This document shows, in pieces, positions 24,871 to 37,198 of a DNA stretch of 64,000 nucleotides. A program made the position numbers and the translations under genes. The stretch's first letter is position 1; every line of letters starts with the position of its first letter. Under the pieces are notes generated by a model that worked only from the letters and a program-made list of their open reading frames with translations, was not told where the DNA came from and made no database searches. This DNA is from Octopus vulgaris. Taxonomy: Eukaryota. The stretch covers positions 9,238,001 to 9,302,000 of the forward strand of contig OX597816.1 of the NCBI GenBank assembly GCA_951406725.2, read 5' to 3'.

Positions 24871-25753
24871 TAATTGATAAATTCTATAGAAGACTCATGC
24901 TTCAAAGTGCTGCACAGTGGGATGTACCTGAAAACAAATGGTTGCAAAGTGAACTTCTTTACCACACTGTCATGCTTGCACCTCATGCTCGTGCATGTAC
25001 ACACACGTGCACAAAACATGTGGAGAGTCAGTTCATGAATTATTTAATTATGTCACTTTACATGTGTTTCAGTGAGGATAATGGTTGAACTATGCAATCC
25101 AAGCCAAATAAGTTTTATCAGTTTTCATGTGTAAGATGACAGTTAAATAATTCTTGAACTGACCATTCAAGTTTGTTTTTTCTATATATACTCTGTGATC
25201 TTTCTAACTATGGAGACCAATGAAAAGAAACTTGTACTATAGTAAATGAGTTCCCTTGGCAGTTTTCTTTTCTAATATACAAGGATGAACATGGAGTTTT
25301 AAATATTGCTTAATTTAAATCAATTAAAAATGATAAATTAAAAAAAAATTTTATTTGTATTTATTTTATTTATATTACAATTATTTTAGTGCTTAAATAT
25401 TTATTCCTTTAAGAAAAAATAATTCTTTTGAAATAGAATATCATCCTTAGTAAATAATATATCACATTAAATTAGAGATTGCATTATATTATAAAGGAAA
25501 TAATAAAATATTTTTCTTTAGAATTCTCATTAACTCAATCTCTGTGTGTTTATGACAAGTACACTTTCAGTTTCCGTTTGCCAGATTCACTCACAAAGCT
25601 TTATTTAGTCTTGGGCTACTGCAGAAGACACTGGCACAAAGTACTGGATAGTGGGGTTGAACTCAAAGAAGTGGTTGTGAAGTGAACTTCTTAACCACAC
25701 AGCCATGCCCCTTCCCCATCAACATACATACTATTATGCATAATCTTAGACAT

Positions 25754-26128
25754 GATGGAAGCACTCCGTCGGTTACGACGATGAGGGTTCTGGTTGATCC
25801 GAATCAATGGAACAGCCTGCTCGTGAAATTAACGTGTAAGTGGCTGAGCACTCCACAGACATGTGTACCCTTAACGTAGTTCTCGGGGATATTCAGCGTG
25901 ACACAGAGAGTGACTCGGCCGGCCCTTTCAACAGAAACAGGAAGTAAGAGTGAGAGAAAGTTGTGGTGAAAGAGTACCGCAGGGATCACCACCATCCCCT
26001 GCTGGAGGCTCGTGGAGCTTTTTAGGTGTTTTCGCTCAATAAACACTCACAACACCCGGTCTGGGAATCGAAACCGCGATCCTATGACCGCGAGTCCGCT
26101 GCCCTAACCACTGGGCCATTGCGCCTCC
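25754..26128 (-). mobile_element. Family 4 tRNA-headed SINE, full length, 13-bp TSD
   Basis: TSD taatcttagacat at 25741-25753 and 26129-26141; A-box tggcccagtgg, B-box gtttcgattcc. Confidence 0.93.
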
Positions 26129-26194
26129 TAATCTTAGACATACTTGTATATACAAACGATGATATAAATGAAAATTATTATCTAAATGACATAC

Positions 26195-26273
26195 CTTTAT
26201 TTGCACCTGCCATCCATCTTAACTGCCGATTGTCAGCGACTTCTCTTCCTATGAGATAAGGAAATATTCTCAC
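26195..26273 (-). CDS. CACNA2D3: alpha2delta exon D (79 nt): VRIFPYLIGREVADNRQLRWMAGANK(G)
   Basis: Not in ORF track; translated by hand. Long T-tract then tatcaag acceptor, gtatgt donor, phase 0/1; matches alpha2delta-3 VRIFTYLIGRE...WMACANKG. Confidence 0.96.
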
Positions 26274-27439
26274 CTTGATAGAAGAAAAAAAAAAAACGTA
26301 AGTGAGAAAAGCTTTTTGTACTTAACTGGTAAAAGAGAAAAGAAACCTGTAAAAATGTGCAACAGAGTTCATGCTTTATTAGATTTTGTCTTATATAAAA
26401 TGAATACGACTTGCTTTGATAATTTTCATCATATGTTTTTGGAGTCAAGTTGTATTAACAGAATGAACCTGAAGTAGTAGTCTACAAAGTACACGAATGA
26501 TTATCAAAGACAGATGATGAAATAAAGAAAAGTGGTGTGAAAGATGATAACACTAAGATAAAATAGAAGTGCTACCAATAAATGATTCAGCGTTTACAAC
26601 CAGACATTAGGTAATAAAGAAACTGTGGTAGATGCTAGAAATGTTCATAGCTTGAAGTTTGGATTTATGTATGTAACATTAAAATGGATATTTTGAGAGT
26701 GAATAAATGGATTTTCTTAAAGTGAATAAATTGGTTTTATCACTTCTCAATTATTATTATTGTTATTTTTGTGTGATTCTGTTAACAACTATTGTTGCTT
26801 TATGGCAAACCTTCAATATTTCTCTTTACAAGTTTCATTGTAGATTTAAGAGTAAAACATGTGAAAACAAAAAGCTTAACAAATAAAGTCCGCATGCTGT
26901 TATTAATTAATTTTTGATAAAATCACTGAGATTTAAAAAAAAAATTCTCCTGGAGTTCAACAAACTGGATGAAACTGAATGAAATATAAAGTTGAAGAAG
27001 ATTTATATATTTGCTGGAGCTGAGCTAGCATGGAGATTGCTAATCACACATTTGAGATTAATCAATTATCAATAGATCCAACTGAACTGCTATATCCTAC
27101 AGTCTGGGCTAAGAACATGTTTAAATTTTCATAGAATTTTTTATTGTGGAGTAGTTTGGTCTTGTTTTACCCAGTTGGCTGTGAAGCTGTTTTAATTTGT
27201 CTGAATATTTTGGTGAAAGTCAGAAAGTCAGGAAGAACCTAATTAGTATTTGGTACAAAAGCCTCTTCAAGATACTTTTTTTTATAACATTGAAAACCAG
27301 GATTGAATTTATATATATAGAGAGGAAACTGCTGTTGATATTATGTGATTTGATTAGTGGGGAGTGATGATAGTTGTAAGAAACTGGAAAGAACATTGTG
27401 TTAATAATGTAATGCATGTTTGAAGCCACAATTTGTAAC

Positions 27440-27813
27440 ACCTTACTGGCACTTGTGCCCGTGCTAGTAGGGTGCCAAGAGCACCATCTGAGTGTGATCG
27501 TTGCCAGAGTGGCCGGTGGCACGTAAATGGCACTATTCGAGCGTGATCGTTACCAGTGTTGCCTTACTGGCACCTGTGCCGGTGGCATGTGTAAAAAGAT
27601 TCGAGCGAGATCGTTGCCAGTACTGCCTGACTGGCCCCGTGCCGGTGGCGCGTAAAAGCACCCACTACACTCTCAGAGTGGTTGGCATTAGGAAGGGCAT
27701 CCAGCTGTAGAAACTCTGCCAGATCAAGACTGAAGCTTGATGCAGCCATCTGGTTCACCAGCCTTCAGTCAAATCATCCAACCCATGCTAGCATGGAAAG
27801 CGGACGTTAAACA

Positions 27814-27844
<31 letters not shown>

Positions 27845-27845
27845 C
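27440..27845 (+). mobile_element. Family 1 SINE-like element (variant internal units)
   Basis: Family 1 core and (GAT)n tail. Confidence 0.82.
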
Positions 27846-28971
27846 TGATATAGGATTTATTTGATTTAGAATAGCAACCTATAATCATATATTTCATCTC
27901 TTCTATCTCTGCAGCTTCTTTCAGCTCAATATATCAAAACAATGTCTGTATTGTGGTTGTTATCCAAAGATAAAACTTGGTCAAGCAGATCTTTGATGAA
28001 AAGCATTCCAGCAAGTTCATTCCATTGCTTTTTCAGGTACACTGTATCTAGGACCTGTATGATTCAGTGGTAGAATGTAATTTGAGTGAGATTTGTTTGC
28101 TATTTCTAGCAAGTTAAGAAATCATATAGAAGCTCATTTATTGGCTTTCTGTATGTATTTGTGTATATGCAAGAAGGTGCAACATCAGAATGGTCAGAGT
28201 TTCTGAAATAAATGGTTAATAGTATTATGCTTTGCCTTTTTAACTTCAAATCCTGCTGTAGTTTATTTTGTATTCCACCCCTTTAGATTAAATACAATAT
28301 TTACTAGTAATAAACAGAGCTGCTTTAATTGCCAATACAGTTCCACTCTGTATGATTAAAGGCCTTGTACCTAATTAAACGAAATAAATATTTTGAGTTT
28401 GTATATATGGTGCAGCCATCTGGTTCACCAGTCCTCAGTCAAATTGTCCAACCCATGCCAGCATGGAAAGCGGACGTTAAACGATGATGATGATGATGAT
28501 GATGATGATGTGCATGTATGTGTGAATAAAAAGGTTTTGATATTGCATGAAGCCTTTGGGGTTAGGATCATAAACTCAATTTCCAATATAAAAGCTTTTG
28601 TTTATCTTGTTGCTTCTAAATCTGAACTAGGTACTTAATTATTCAGTGTATGCAGAGAACACCTCTTAATAAGATGCACCAATGTTTTCAAGGGATTGGT
28701 TTAGGAGGAAAGAAGTATACCTTTTCAATTTCATTTATTGCAGTAAATGAACCAGTATACAAAATATAGTGGAATTTGAGGATAGATTTTTCAATTAAAT
28801 AAATGTGTCTTTTACACCAGGAAATACAGTAGTCAGGTTTTATAATGACGTAGATGGTGCCATAGAAACCAGTCATCTAAACAGCTGGTCTAACAACATG
28901 GTTCATTTCAAGTTACATCAAGCAATAAATATGAAAATATTCTATTTTTCCTATAGAATCTCATTTCACAA

Positions 28972-29059
<88 letters not shown>

Positions 29060-29462
29060 CCACACACGCACACAAGCACACACACACACATACACACACA
29101 CACAAACATATATGTGTTTATGAATATATGGAGACACAAGTCTTTGTTATGATAGGTCCAAAGATTGACGCATTCTGTCTGTAAATTTTGAGAAGGATTC
29201 AATGTATGCCGCTAATTAGTAATGAATATATAATGTGTGTTTCCATGACCTCGAGTTAATTGAGTTGCAAAACAAAGTCAAGATCATAAAGTATGTGCAT
29301 TTTTTTGCCTTGTTTCTTTCAATTTCTTTTGAACTATTGAAAATAACGATGGTAGGCAGGTCTTTACTAGAGTCAGAAGAGTTTCCTAGGTTAAGAATGG
29401 GATATATTGTAACAAGGAGACAGATGCCAGAAGTAAAGGGAAATTAAGAGTTTTGTAAGTGT

Positions 29463-29500
<38 letters not shown>

Positions 29501-29501
<1 letters not shown>

Positions 29502-29875
29502 TAACAATATAGGATGAAGTTCCTTTCTCTACAGAAAAGGATTCCATCAAAAAGCGTGGCAGTATATTAAAAAAACCATTATGCTTGAAGTATAAACATT
29601 TTATAATTAAGGGCTAAAGAAGGTTATTCTAAAGCCAATACATTGATTTATCCACTTATAATCCACTTGTTACAGGAAAAATTGAACTGAAAGCGGGCAA
29701 CTAACCTTTAGAAAATTAAAATTTTGTTAACGAAATTTAAATAACGAAATTTAAATTTTCTAAAGGTTAGCTGCCCGCTTTCATTTCAATTTTCCTGTAA
29801 CAAGTGGATTATAAGTGGATAAATCAGTGTATTGGCTTTAGAATAACCTTCTTTAGCCCTTAATTATTAGATGTT
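29501..29875. repeat. Fold-back insert in (TA)n with ~127-bp inverted arms
   Basis: Arms 29603-29729 and 29742-29867. Confidence 0.9.
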
Positions 29876-29951
29876 ATATATATATATATATACATATATA
29901 TAAAAACTTACTTAGAAATGGATGCATGGCATTCAGTCATATAATAATATA

Positions 29952-29989
<38 letters not shown>

Positions 29990-29995
29990 ATATAG

Positions 29996-30037
<42 letters not shown>

Positions 30038-30678
30038 TATATGCATACATATATGTACTTACTTACATACATATGTGTATATATATATATATATGCATAT
30101 ATGGGTACAGGGCATCACAAAACGTAAACAACATGAAATACGAGGCAAACTTGGGTATGCAAATGAGAGAAACAAATGGAAAGCAAGAGAGGTAGCATAA
30201 AGAATGACTCTTCATCAGTTGTCGGCTGTTTGTGTGTGTGTGTGTGTGTAGTAGCAATGATGAAACCAAAGCAAATAGTGATATTTTGAAATCATTTAAT
30301 ATATACATTTCAGATTTGCATAATCTGTAATAGGGAATGCATCAATTACATAAACCTTTTTCAGGTGCATGTATGTATGTATAGAGCAAGCATTTTTGAG
30401 TGGTTAAGAAGTTTGCCTCATAACTGTGAGGTTCCATTGCATGGTATCGTGGACAAGTGCCTTTACTGTAGCCTTGGGTGGACAAAACTCTGTAAAAGTT
30501 TGTTGGATGGATTGTACCTCTAATTCCAATGTCTAGCCTCTACTTGAGGATTATATTAACTGTACATATGGCTGTGGAATATTCGACCATTTTCTACACT
30601 GATTCAATGAGCAGGTGGTCCATCTGGTTAACTGAAAATGTGGCATCACATAAGTTAAAATCAATGAGAGGGTCCATC

Positions 30679-30726
<48 letters not shown>

Positions 30727-30734
<8 letters not shown>

Positions 30735-31351
30735 AAAGGGCTTAGTAAAATAAATTACTTTGCCGCATACTGAACTCATTAGAAATAGCAGCTAAAAAAC
30801 TTTTTTAGAAACCATTTCTAATACTTAAAGAAAATCTCTCTCATATAGTGTTTGGTCAACTCAACTCACGAAAGTTTGGGGGTAAAGACATCAAAAAATC
30901 AAATGCAAAGGTTATTTGAGAACGTACGTTTCAAGATTAGTCATCACGACACTTCTATCATCAGCTCAGAAACTCCTTGGTTTGGATTTGAAAACACTGA
31001 AAGTGAGAGCATACTCTTTCGGCCTCTCATCGCTTTCGAAGATCTGCTCGTAACTAACAGTGCCAACAAACTCAAACATGCAAGCGAAGAATTTCTGCTC
31101 TCCCCTTTCCACCAGCGTGGGTTAAAATCAACAAACACTCTGCTTATTTCGGTAAAATCCGAAGCATTAATTAGAGGGAGATTAATTATAATTTCAACAA
31201 TTGAGGGTAAAATTAATTAATTATTAATCAATTTCACCAAGTGTTCAGTATGCAAAGGGACCATTTAAGGCGAATTCAAATTATTACAATATATAAAAGG
31301 GCTTAGTAAAATAAATTACTTTGCCGCATACGGCAAAGTAATTTATTTTAC
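30727..31351 (-). mobile_element. 561-bp non-coding unit with 44-bp terminal direct repeat and 21-bp terminal inversion (retrozyme or Penelope pseudo-LTR type)
   Basis: Direct repeats 30727-30770 and 31288-31331; hairpin arms 31306-31326 and 31331-31351; internal hammerhead motif; abuts (TA)n. Confidence 0.75.
30917..30968 (-). ncRNA. Minimal type I hammerhead ribozyme candidate
   Basis: UGAG-CUGAUGA-stemII-GAAAC-GUAC-GUU|CUCA; stem I UGAG/CUCA; palindromic stem III AACGUACGUU. Confidence 0.65.
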
Positions 31352-31822
31352 GTCGCCTTACTGGCACTTGTGCTGGTGGCACATGAAGAAATATTCAAGC
31401 AAGGTCGTTGTCAGTGCCGCTGGCATGGCTCCTGTGCAGGTGGCACATAAAAAACACTTGACTGGACCTCATGCTGGTGGAACATAAAAGCACCCACTAC
31501 ACTCTCGGAGTGGTTGGCGTTACAAAGGGTATCCAGCTGTAGAAACTCTGCCAGATCAGATTGGAGCCTGGTGCAGCCATTTGGTCGCCAGTTCTCAGTC
31601 AAATCGTTCAACCATTGCCTGCATGGAAAACAGACGTTAAATGATGATGATAATGATAATACATTGTGTTCATCATCATCATCATTATTTAAAGTCCATT
31701 TTTCATGCTGGCATGGGTTGGACGGTTTGATTGGAGCTGGCAAACCAGAGAGCTGCACCAGGCTTCAGTTGTCTGTTTTGATATGATTCCTACGGCCTGA
31801 TGCTTTTCCTAATGCCAACCAC
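31352..31822. mobile_element. Tail-to-tail pair of family 1 elements
   Basis: 31352-31655 (+) and 31671-31822 (-, older). Confidence 0.75.
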
Positions 31823-32364
31823 TTGTGCATACAGACACAAAACATGAAGTAAATTCCTTAGTGTTAATCTATTACTAAACTTAATTACAATGTATTTATT
31901 ATTCTTGAGTTATCTGGCTCAGTTGCTTCCCTCTTCAAATATTAAACTGAGTCTCATTGGCTGAGTTCATGAGAGCATTTTTCTGCCAATCAAAGGGTCA
32001 ATGGTTCATATTCTGATACCAATAAGGTGTTATTTCACTTAGTTATTCTCGACTCAGTCTATCTAATAATCATAGGTGCAGATTCACAGGTGTGCATACC
32101 ATCAAAGAACATATAATGAATGGGATTCTTGACAGTGCCTACCACTGGATTTTTACCTCTCCTACACACACATAGAGAGTGTTGGAATATGAAATCACTG
32201 TACTGAACCATTTCTAGAAAATGATTCTGAAATGAGTGGAATCTCCAGGAGTTTGATCTTGCAACAAAACTGTTATGATATAATGAATTTATGAGGAGAG
32301 ACTATGAAGTCTTAAACTTGGATTATTTGGTCTTATTTAAACAGGAAAATCATGAAGGATGTAA

Positions 32365-32368
32365 GAGA

Positions 32369-32451
<83 letters not shown>

Positions 32452-32469
32452 AGAGGGAGAGAGAGAGAG
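32365..32469. repeat. (GA)n microsatellite
   Basis: Directly visible. Confidence 0.97.
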
Positions 32470-33982
32470 CAATAGAAAGAATATCTCAGAAATTTTCAAA
32501 ACTTTACTGTGAAAAGAATCACTTCTCAAAATAATTACATACAATGCAACAAATAAATAATAAAAATAAAATGAAATAAATATATAAAAATAAAATAAAA
32601 TAAATAAATGTAAAGTAATATTTTTTTTTACGAAAAAAATTATTTCTGTTCATGAGTTTTGAGTTCAAAGAAACAATTTAATTCACACTTTTGCATGTTT
32701 GTGATTAATCAAATAGTCGGGGGTTTTTTTGTTTTATATTTTTTACAACTGTCTTTTGTAATTTTAGTTTAGAAAAGTGTAGAAGACATTCCAACTCTAC
32801 TGAAATGACACCAAACAAGCAAAAGGGAGGGAAAAAATATACAAAAGCATGCAGGAGTTTCAATTTTCCTGATTTTAATTTGAAAAATCTTATCATTTCA
32901 TGATCTGTTTCTTTTTTTCCCTTTTTATTATTTTCCAATTAATTTCCTTCATTATATTCTTTATTGAATCCATGTTTGACAATAAACTCTAACAAAACTT
33001 TTGTCAACTTTCCCAGGTAAATGTAACAGTTTCCAGTGTATTTCATGCTGGCTTATTACACAAGTGTATTTAATAATTAGGAGCACGAATAGTGAAAGGC
33101 TTAGAGTTTGTATGAACAGAATGCTGGATTTGGTGCTTTGCTGTTATTACTTAGTTTATATAACACAGTTGTCCAGTGTTAGTACCAGTAATGCACTGGG
33201 GTTTTACTTGATTGATTATATATACTCCTGTCTAATACTTACTGCTTTTGTTCTGATTAAAAGAACAAACTGATACTCCAAGCTACATGGCATCCTCACT
33301 ATCGCTAATGCCACATCCTGAACCTGAAACCCCATGGTTGGGAAGCAAACGTCTTAACCACATAGCTGAGCATGTGCTTATACGAGAAGCCCCGATCACA
33401 TCATCATCGTTTAACGTCCACCTTCCATGCTAGCATGGGTGGGACGGTTTCACAAGAGCCAGCCAGGCAGAAGTCTGCATCAGGCTTCTGTGACTATTTT
33501 GGCAGGATTTTTACAGCTGGATGCTCATCCTAACACCAACCACTCAGCAGAGTGGACTTAGTGCTTCTTACATGGCACATGCACAGGCAAGGTCAGCAGT
33601 TCATTTTACGTGACAAGCCATGACTAACGTGCAGTATGCAAACTGATGATGTTAGGGCTAACAGAAGAACTAACGTAGGAATATTGTTGCCATTTACTCC
33701 TAGATAGCCCTGACCTGGTCAACAAAGGATCAAAAGTATTTCATCTATGATATTATTTTTATCACAGATTTGTATTTAGAAACACAAAATCTTTCTATTC
33801 CTAAGACAGCGGAATGTGGATATGAGAGATTTGAAACTGCTATTTCTTGCAGATGAAGTGACTGCATAGCGATACCATCACTGGCTTGCTAAAGTGAGAT
33901 GAATATTGATGAAGTTATACAGTAACTGCAAGTAGGTCATATCAACATGGAAATATGGTAATCAAGTGATGGGGCAGTGGAG

Positions 33983-34158
33983 GATGATGACGATGACAAT
34001 GACAACAATGATTGTGATGATGACGACAGTGATGAGAATGATGATGATGATGATGGCAACAATGGCAATGATGATGATGAGAATGATGACAATGATGATA
34101 ATAACGATGACGAAGATGATGATTGTTATTAATCTTTTCTTGACTATGATGATGTTAT
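33983..34158. repeat. Degenerate (ATG)n low-complexity tract
   Basis: Directly visible. Confidence 0.9.
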
Positions 34159-34243
34159 CATTAGACTTTCCAGTCTCAAGACATAAATACACTATTAGAT
34201 TGTTACATCAATATTGTTATATATTAAATTGGATGTCTTCTGC

Positions 34244-34567
34244 ATTTTAAATGCTTGCTGTTCATAAGTTGGGAGTGTTGCATTCTCAGTTGAATCTGAA
34301 CAAATGGATAACATCTTTTGAAGAAAGTTACAATTACTTAAGGTCAGGAAGACTGGTCTGTAGAATTTAAATCAATAGATTAGAGTTCAGGATATTTCAA
34401 AGAACAAAGCTTGACTTTTGAAGCAACAGAGTAGACATACAAGATAAAGGGTATTTGGTACAGTGTTTGAGAATATCAATCGAACAAGGTATCGAGCGAC
34501 CATGGAATTTTATCTGTAGTTCATAAATAATGAAAAGTCCACTGTAAATCCAAGCAAGAGTTTAATG
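34244..34567 (+). repeat. Left arm of 324-bp long-range inverted repeat
   Basis: Reverse complement of 43420-43743, 4 substitutions, no indels. Confidence 0.97.
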
Positions 34568-34604
34568 TGAAGTGCATTATAGAACTACTTCAAAATTACA
34601 TATT

Positions 34605-34643
<39 letters not shown>

Positions 34644-35179
34644 AGTCTTGTGAATGAATTTGGCAGATGGAAACTGAAAAAATTTGTTGTATGTGTATGT
34701 GCATTTTTTGTCTTGATATTGTGTGTAAGTTGTTAATGTGTGTCACCATTATACAGGTAATGTTCTTCATTTCCAATCTTCTGTTAAAAGAAAATATTGC
34801 CTAGCTTGGAAATAGGTAAAAGCTTGAGCCAAGAAGGGTCTCTGCCTATAGAAAGTCTGCCTCAGTTGACATCGTCTCTCCCATTAATACATTGGAAAAT
34901 GGATGTTAAAATGAAGATGTGGATGATATACATATATATTTACGGATATATGTATGTGTACATATACATACATATAACTGTATATCTATCTTCTATCTAA
35001 ATATATAATACTCAAAGGGTTGGTTTTCTTTGTGTACAGAACTGGAATATCCTATTTGATACTCACCAACCATAGGCCAGAACTACAGAGATTATCCAAC
35101 CCTAGCTGGTGCATATCTTTTCAAGTATCTGATTCTATCTGAACCTTTATTTTACTATATATATATATATATATATATA

Positions 35180-36330
35180 TTCTCCACAATCTAAAGCTAA
35201 AATTCCCGTTTATAGATGCAGGATTATATAGGGATGACACTCTTATAGTCACCCATAATTTAAACGGCCATGAATTAGATAAGTTTAGGAAGGATCTTAT
35301 TGCTTTCTTCCAAAAGATGGGCTTATGGATTACGGTAGATACTAACCTGAAAAGTGTAGATTTCTTAGATGTAAATTTAGATTTGCAGTTGGATAGATTC
35401 AAACCTTACCATAAGCCTAATGATAAGCTATCTTATATTTGCAAAGAATCCAATCATCCGCCAGTTATTCTTAGGAACTTAGTCAGTAATGTAGGTAGAT
35501 GAATATCGTCAATTTCTTCGGATGAGGCAGCATTCCAAAATGCCGCACCTTATTACAATAGCACATTAATGAATAGTGGATTCTCTGAGAAGATCCAGTA
35601 TAACCAATTCAATGCTAGCAGTAATGCTACACGTAGAACTAGGACTAGGAAGGTTTTGTGGTTTAACCCAGTTTTCAATATGACCGTAAAAACAAATATA
35701 GGTAGGGAATTCTTAAAATTAGTCTCTAGACATTTTCAACCTGACCATAAGTTTTATAGAATATTTAATAGAAGAATGCTTAAGATCAGCTATTCTTGCT
35801 GCAAAAACTTCGCCTCTTTCATTAACCAGTACAACAATAAGATAATTGCAAATTATAACAGAGCCACTTCTTTTCCTAAAAATTGCAATTGCAAAGATGG
35901 GGCCTCCTGTCGGTTGGAAGGAAAATGTTGGGAGAAAGGAATCATGTATAGAGTCAAGATGCAGATAGAAGGCTCACACGAACTTATACAGGGGCTTCTG
36001 AAAATTCTTTCAAAACCCAATTTTATTCTCATAGAAATTCCTTCCAATACCCTGAAAATATGATGGAGACCAGCCTGGCAAAATATGTCTGGGAATTAAA
36101 AGAAAACGAAACCTGACCTTTCACTGTGACATGGGGAATTTTAGATAGAGCTTCACCTTACAGAGATGGTGCACATAAAAGACCCATCAAATGTGATTTA
36201 TGTCTGTTGGAAAAATTTTATATTTTATTCCAGGACAATAGCACTTTAAATCAAAGACACAATTTCTTGAATTCCTGCAGACACGCAACTAAATTTAAAA
36301 TGTCGGCTAACAATATACCATATGGATAGT
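35180..36330 (+). pseudogene. 5'-truncated Penelope-like element ORF: RT C-terminus, CNC..C..C linker, GIY-YIG endonuclease
   Basis: GLYRDD, FLDV, YHKP, SNHPP, WFNP, KISYSC, CNC-C-C, GIMY...TYTG, CDLCLLEK, LNQR, CRH; stop at 35500-35502 and frameshift near 35980; starts in (TA)n; 3' non-coding part probably runs to ~38003. Confidence 0.9.
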
Positions 36331-36824
36331 ATATTTTTTGACTCTTGGGCTAGTTTTATATTACACTGTTGGATTTGTTTCTTATAATACATGATTTATT
36401 TTGCATCGCAAAGATATTGTATATATTTCAACATATTTCTTACGAAAACCTTTGACTGTTATATGCATATATTATTTTCATGTTTAAGATTCTACTTTTA
36501 TTTTATCTCATTTTATTGTATTTTATAAACCCGTTTAATTGCTAGATATGTTTTTATGTGGATGTCTGTATTGTTGGCATGCATAAGTATTCATATGTGT
36601 GCGTCTATGTATATGTGTAAGTAAGCGTGTATGTTTATACTTGTGCACATACATACATGGATGTGTATGTATGCATGTATACTCTTATATTTGTGTAGAT
36701 GTGTATTTACGTGCATATTTCCATATATTTATATATTTGATCTTATGTGTATTTATGCTAATATACACTTTTGTATACACATATATTCGTAATTTTATTT
36801 CATGTACGTTTGTTACACATATTC

Positions 36825-37198
36825 TCTGAACGTGGCCGATGCCAGTGCTGCCTCGACTGGCTCCAGTGCCAGTGGCACATAAAAAAGCTCCATCCGAACG
36901 TGGCCGTTGCCAGCGCCGCCTTGGCTGCTTCCGTGCAGGTGGCACGTTAAAAGCTCCAACCGATCGTGGCCGATGCTGGACCCCTTCCCCTGGCACCTGT
37001 GCAGGTGGTACGTAAAAAGCACCCACTACACTCGCGGAGTGGTTGGCGTTAGGAAGGGTATCCAGCTGTAGAAACTCTGCCAGATCAGACTGAAGCCTGG
37101 TGCAGCCCCTGGCTTCCCAGACCCCGGTCGAACCGTCCAACCCGTGCTAGCGCGGAAAACGGACGTTAAACAATGATGATGATGATGATGATGATGAT
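36825..37198 (+). mobile_element. Family 1 SINE-like element, young-looking
   Basis: CpG-rich full pattern with (GAT)n tail. Confidence 0.88.

Noticed and set aside
25754-26128. tRNA gene
   Set aside because: tRNA-like head continues into SINE body with TSD; no complete cloverleaf.
28688-28876. ORF MTGFYGTIYV resembling exon E (GFYTHI)
   Set aside because: Similarity limited to GFY, no suitable phase or donor, and it lies upstream of exon D.
30852-31220. 122-aa ORF inside the 561-bp unit
   Set aside because: Non-ATG start, no recognisable motif, antisense to the hammerhead.
33643-33680. CUGAUGA followed by hairpin uguuag/cuaaca
   Set aside because: Followed by GAAG with no stem III or stem I; likely chance.
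35500-36116. In-frame TGA codons in the PLE as selenocysteine
   Set aside because: They are not at Cys-like positions, fit CGA-to-TGA decay, and the ORF is also frameshifted.
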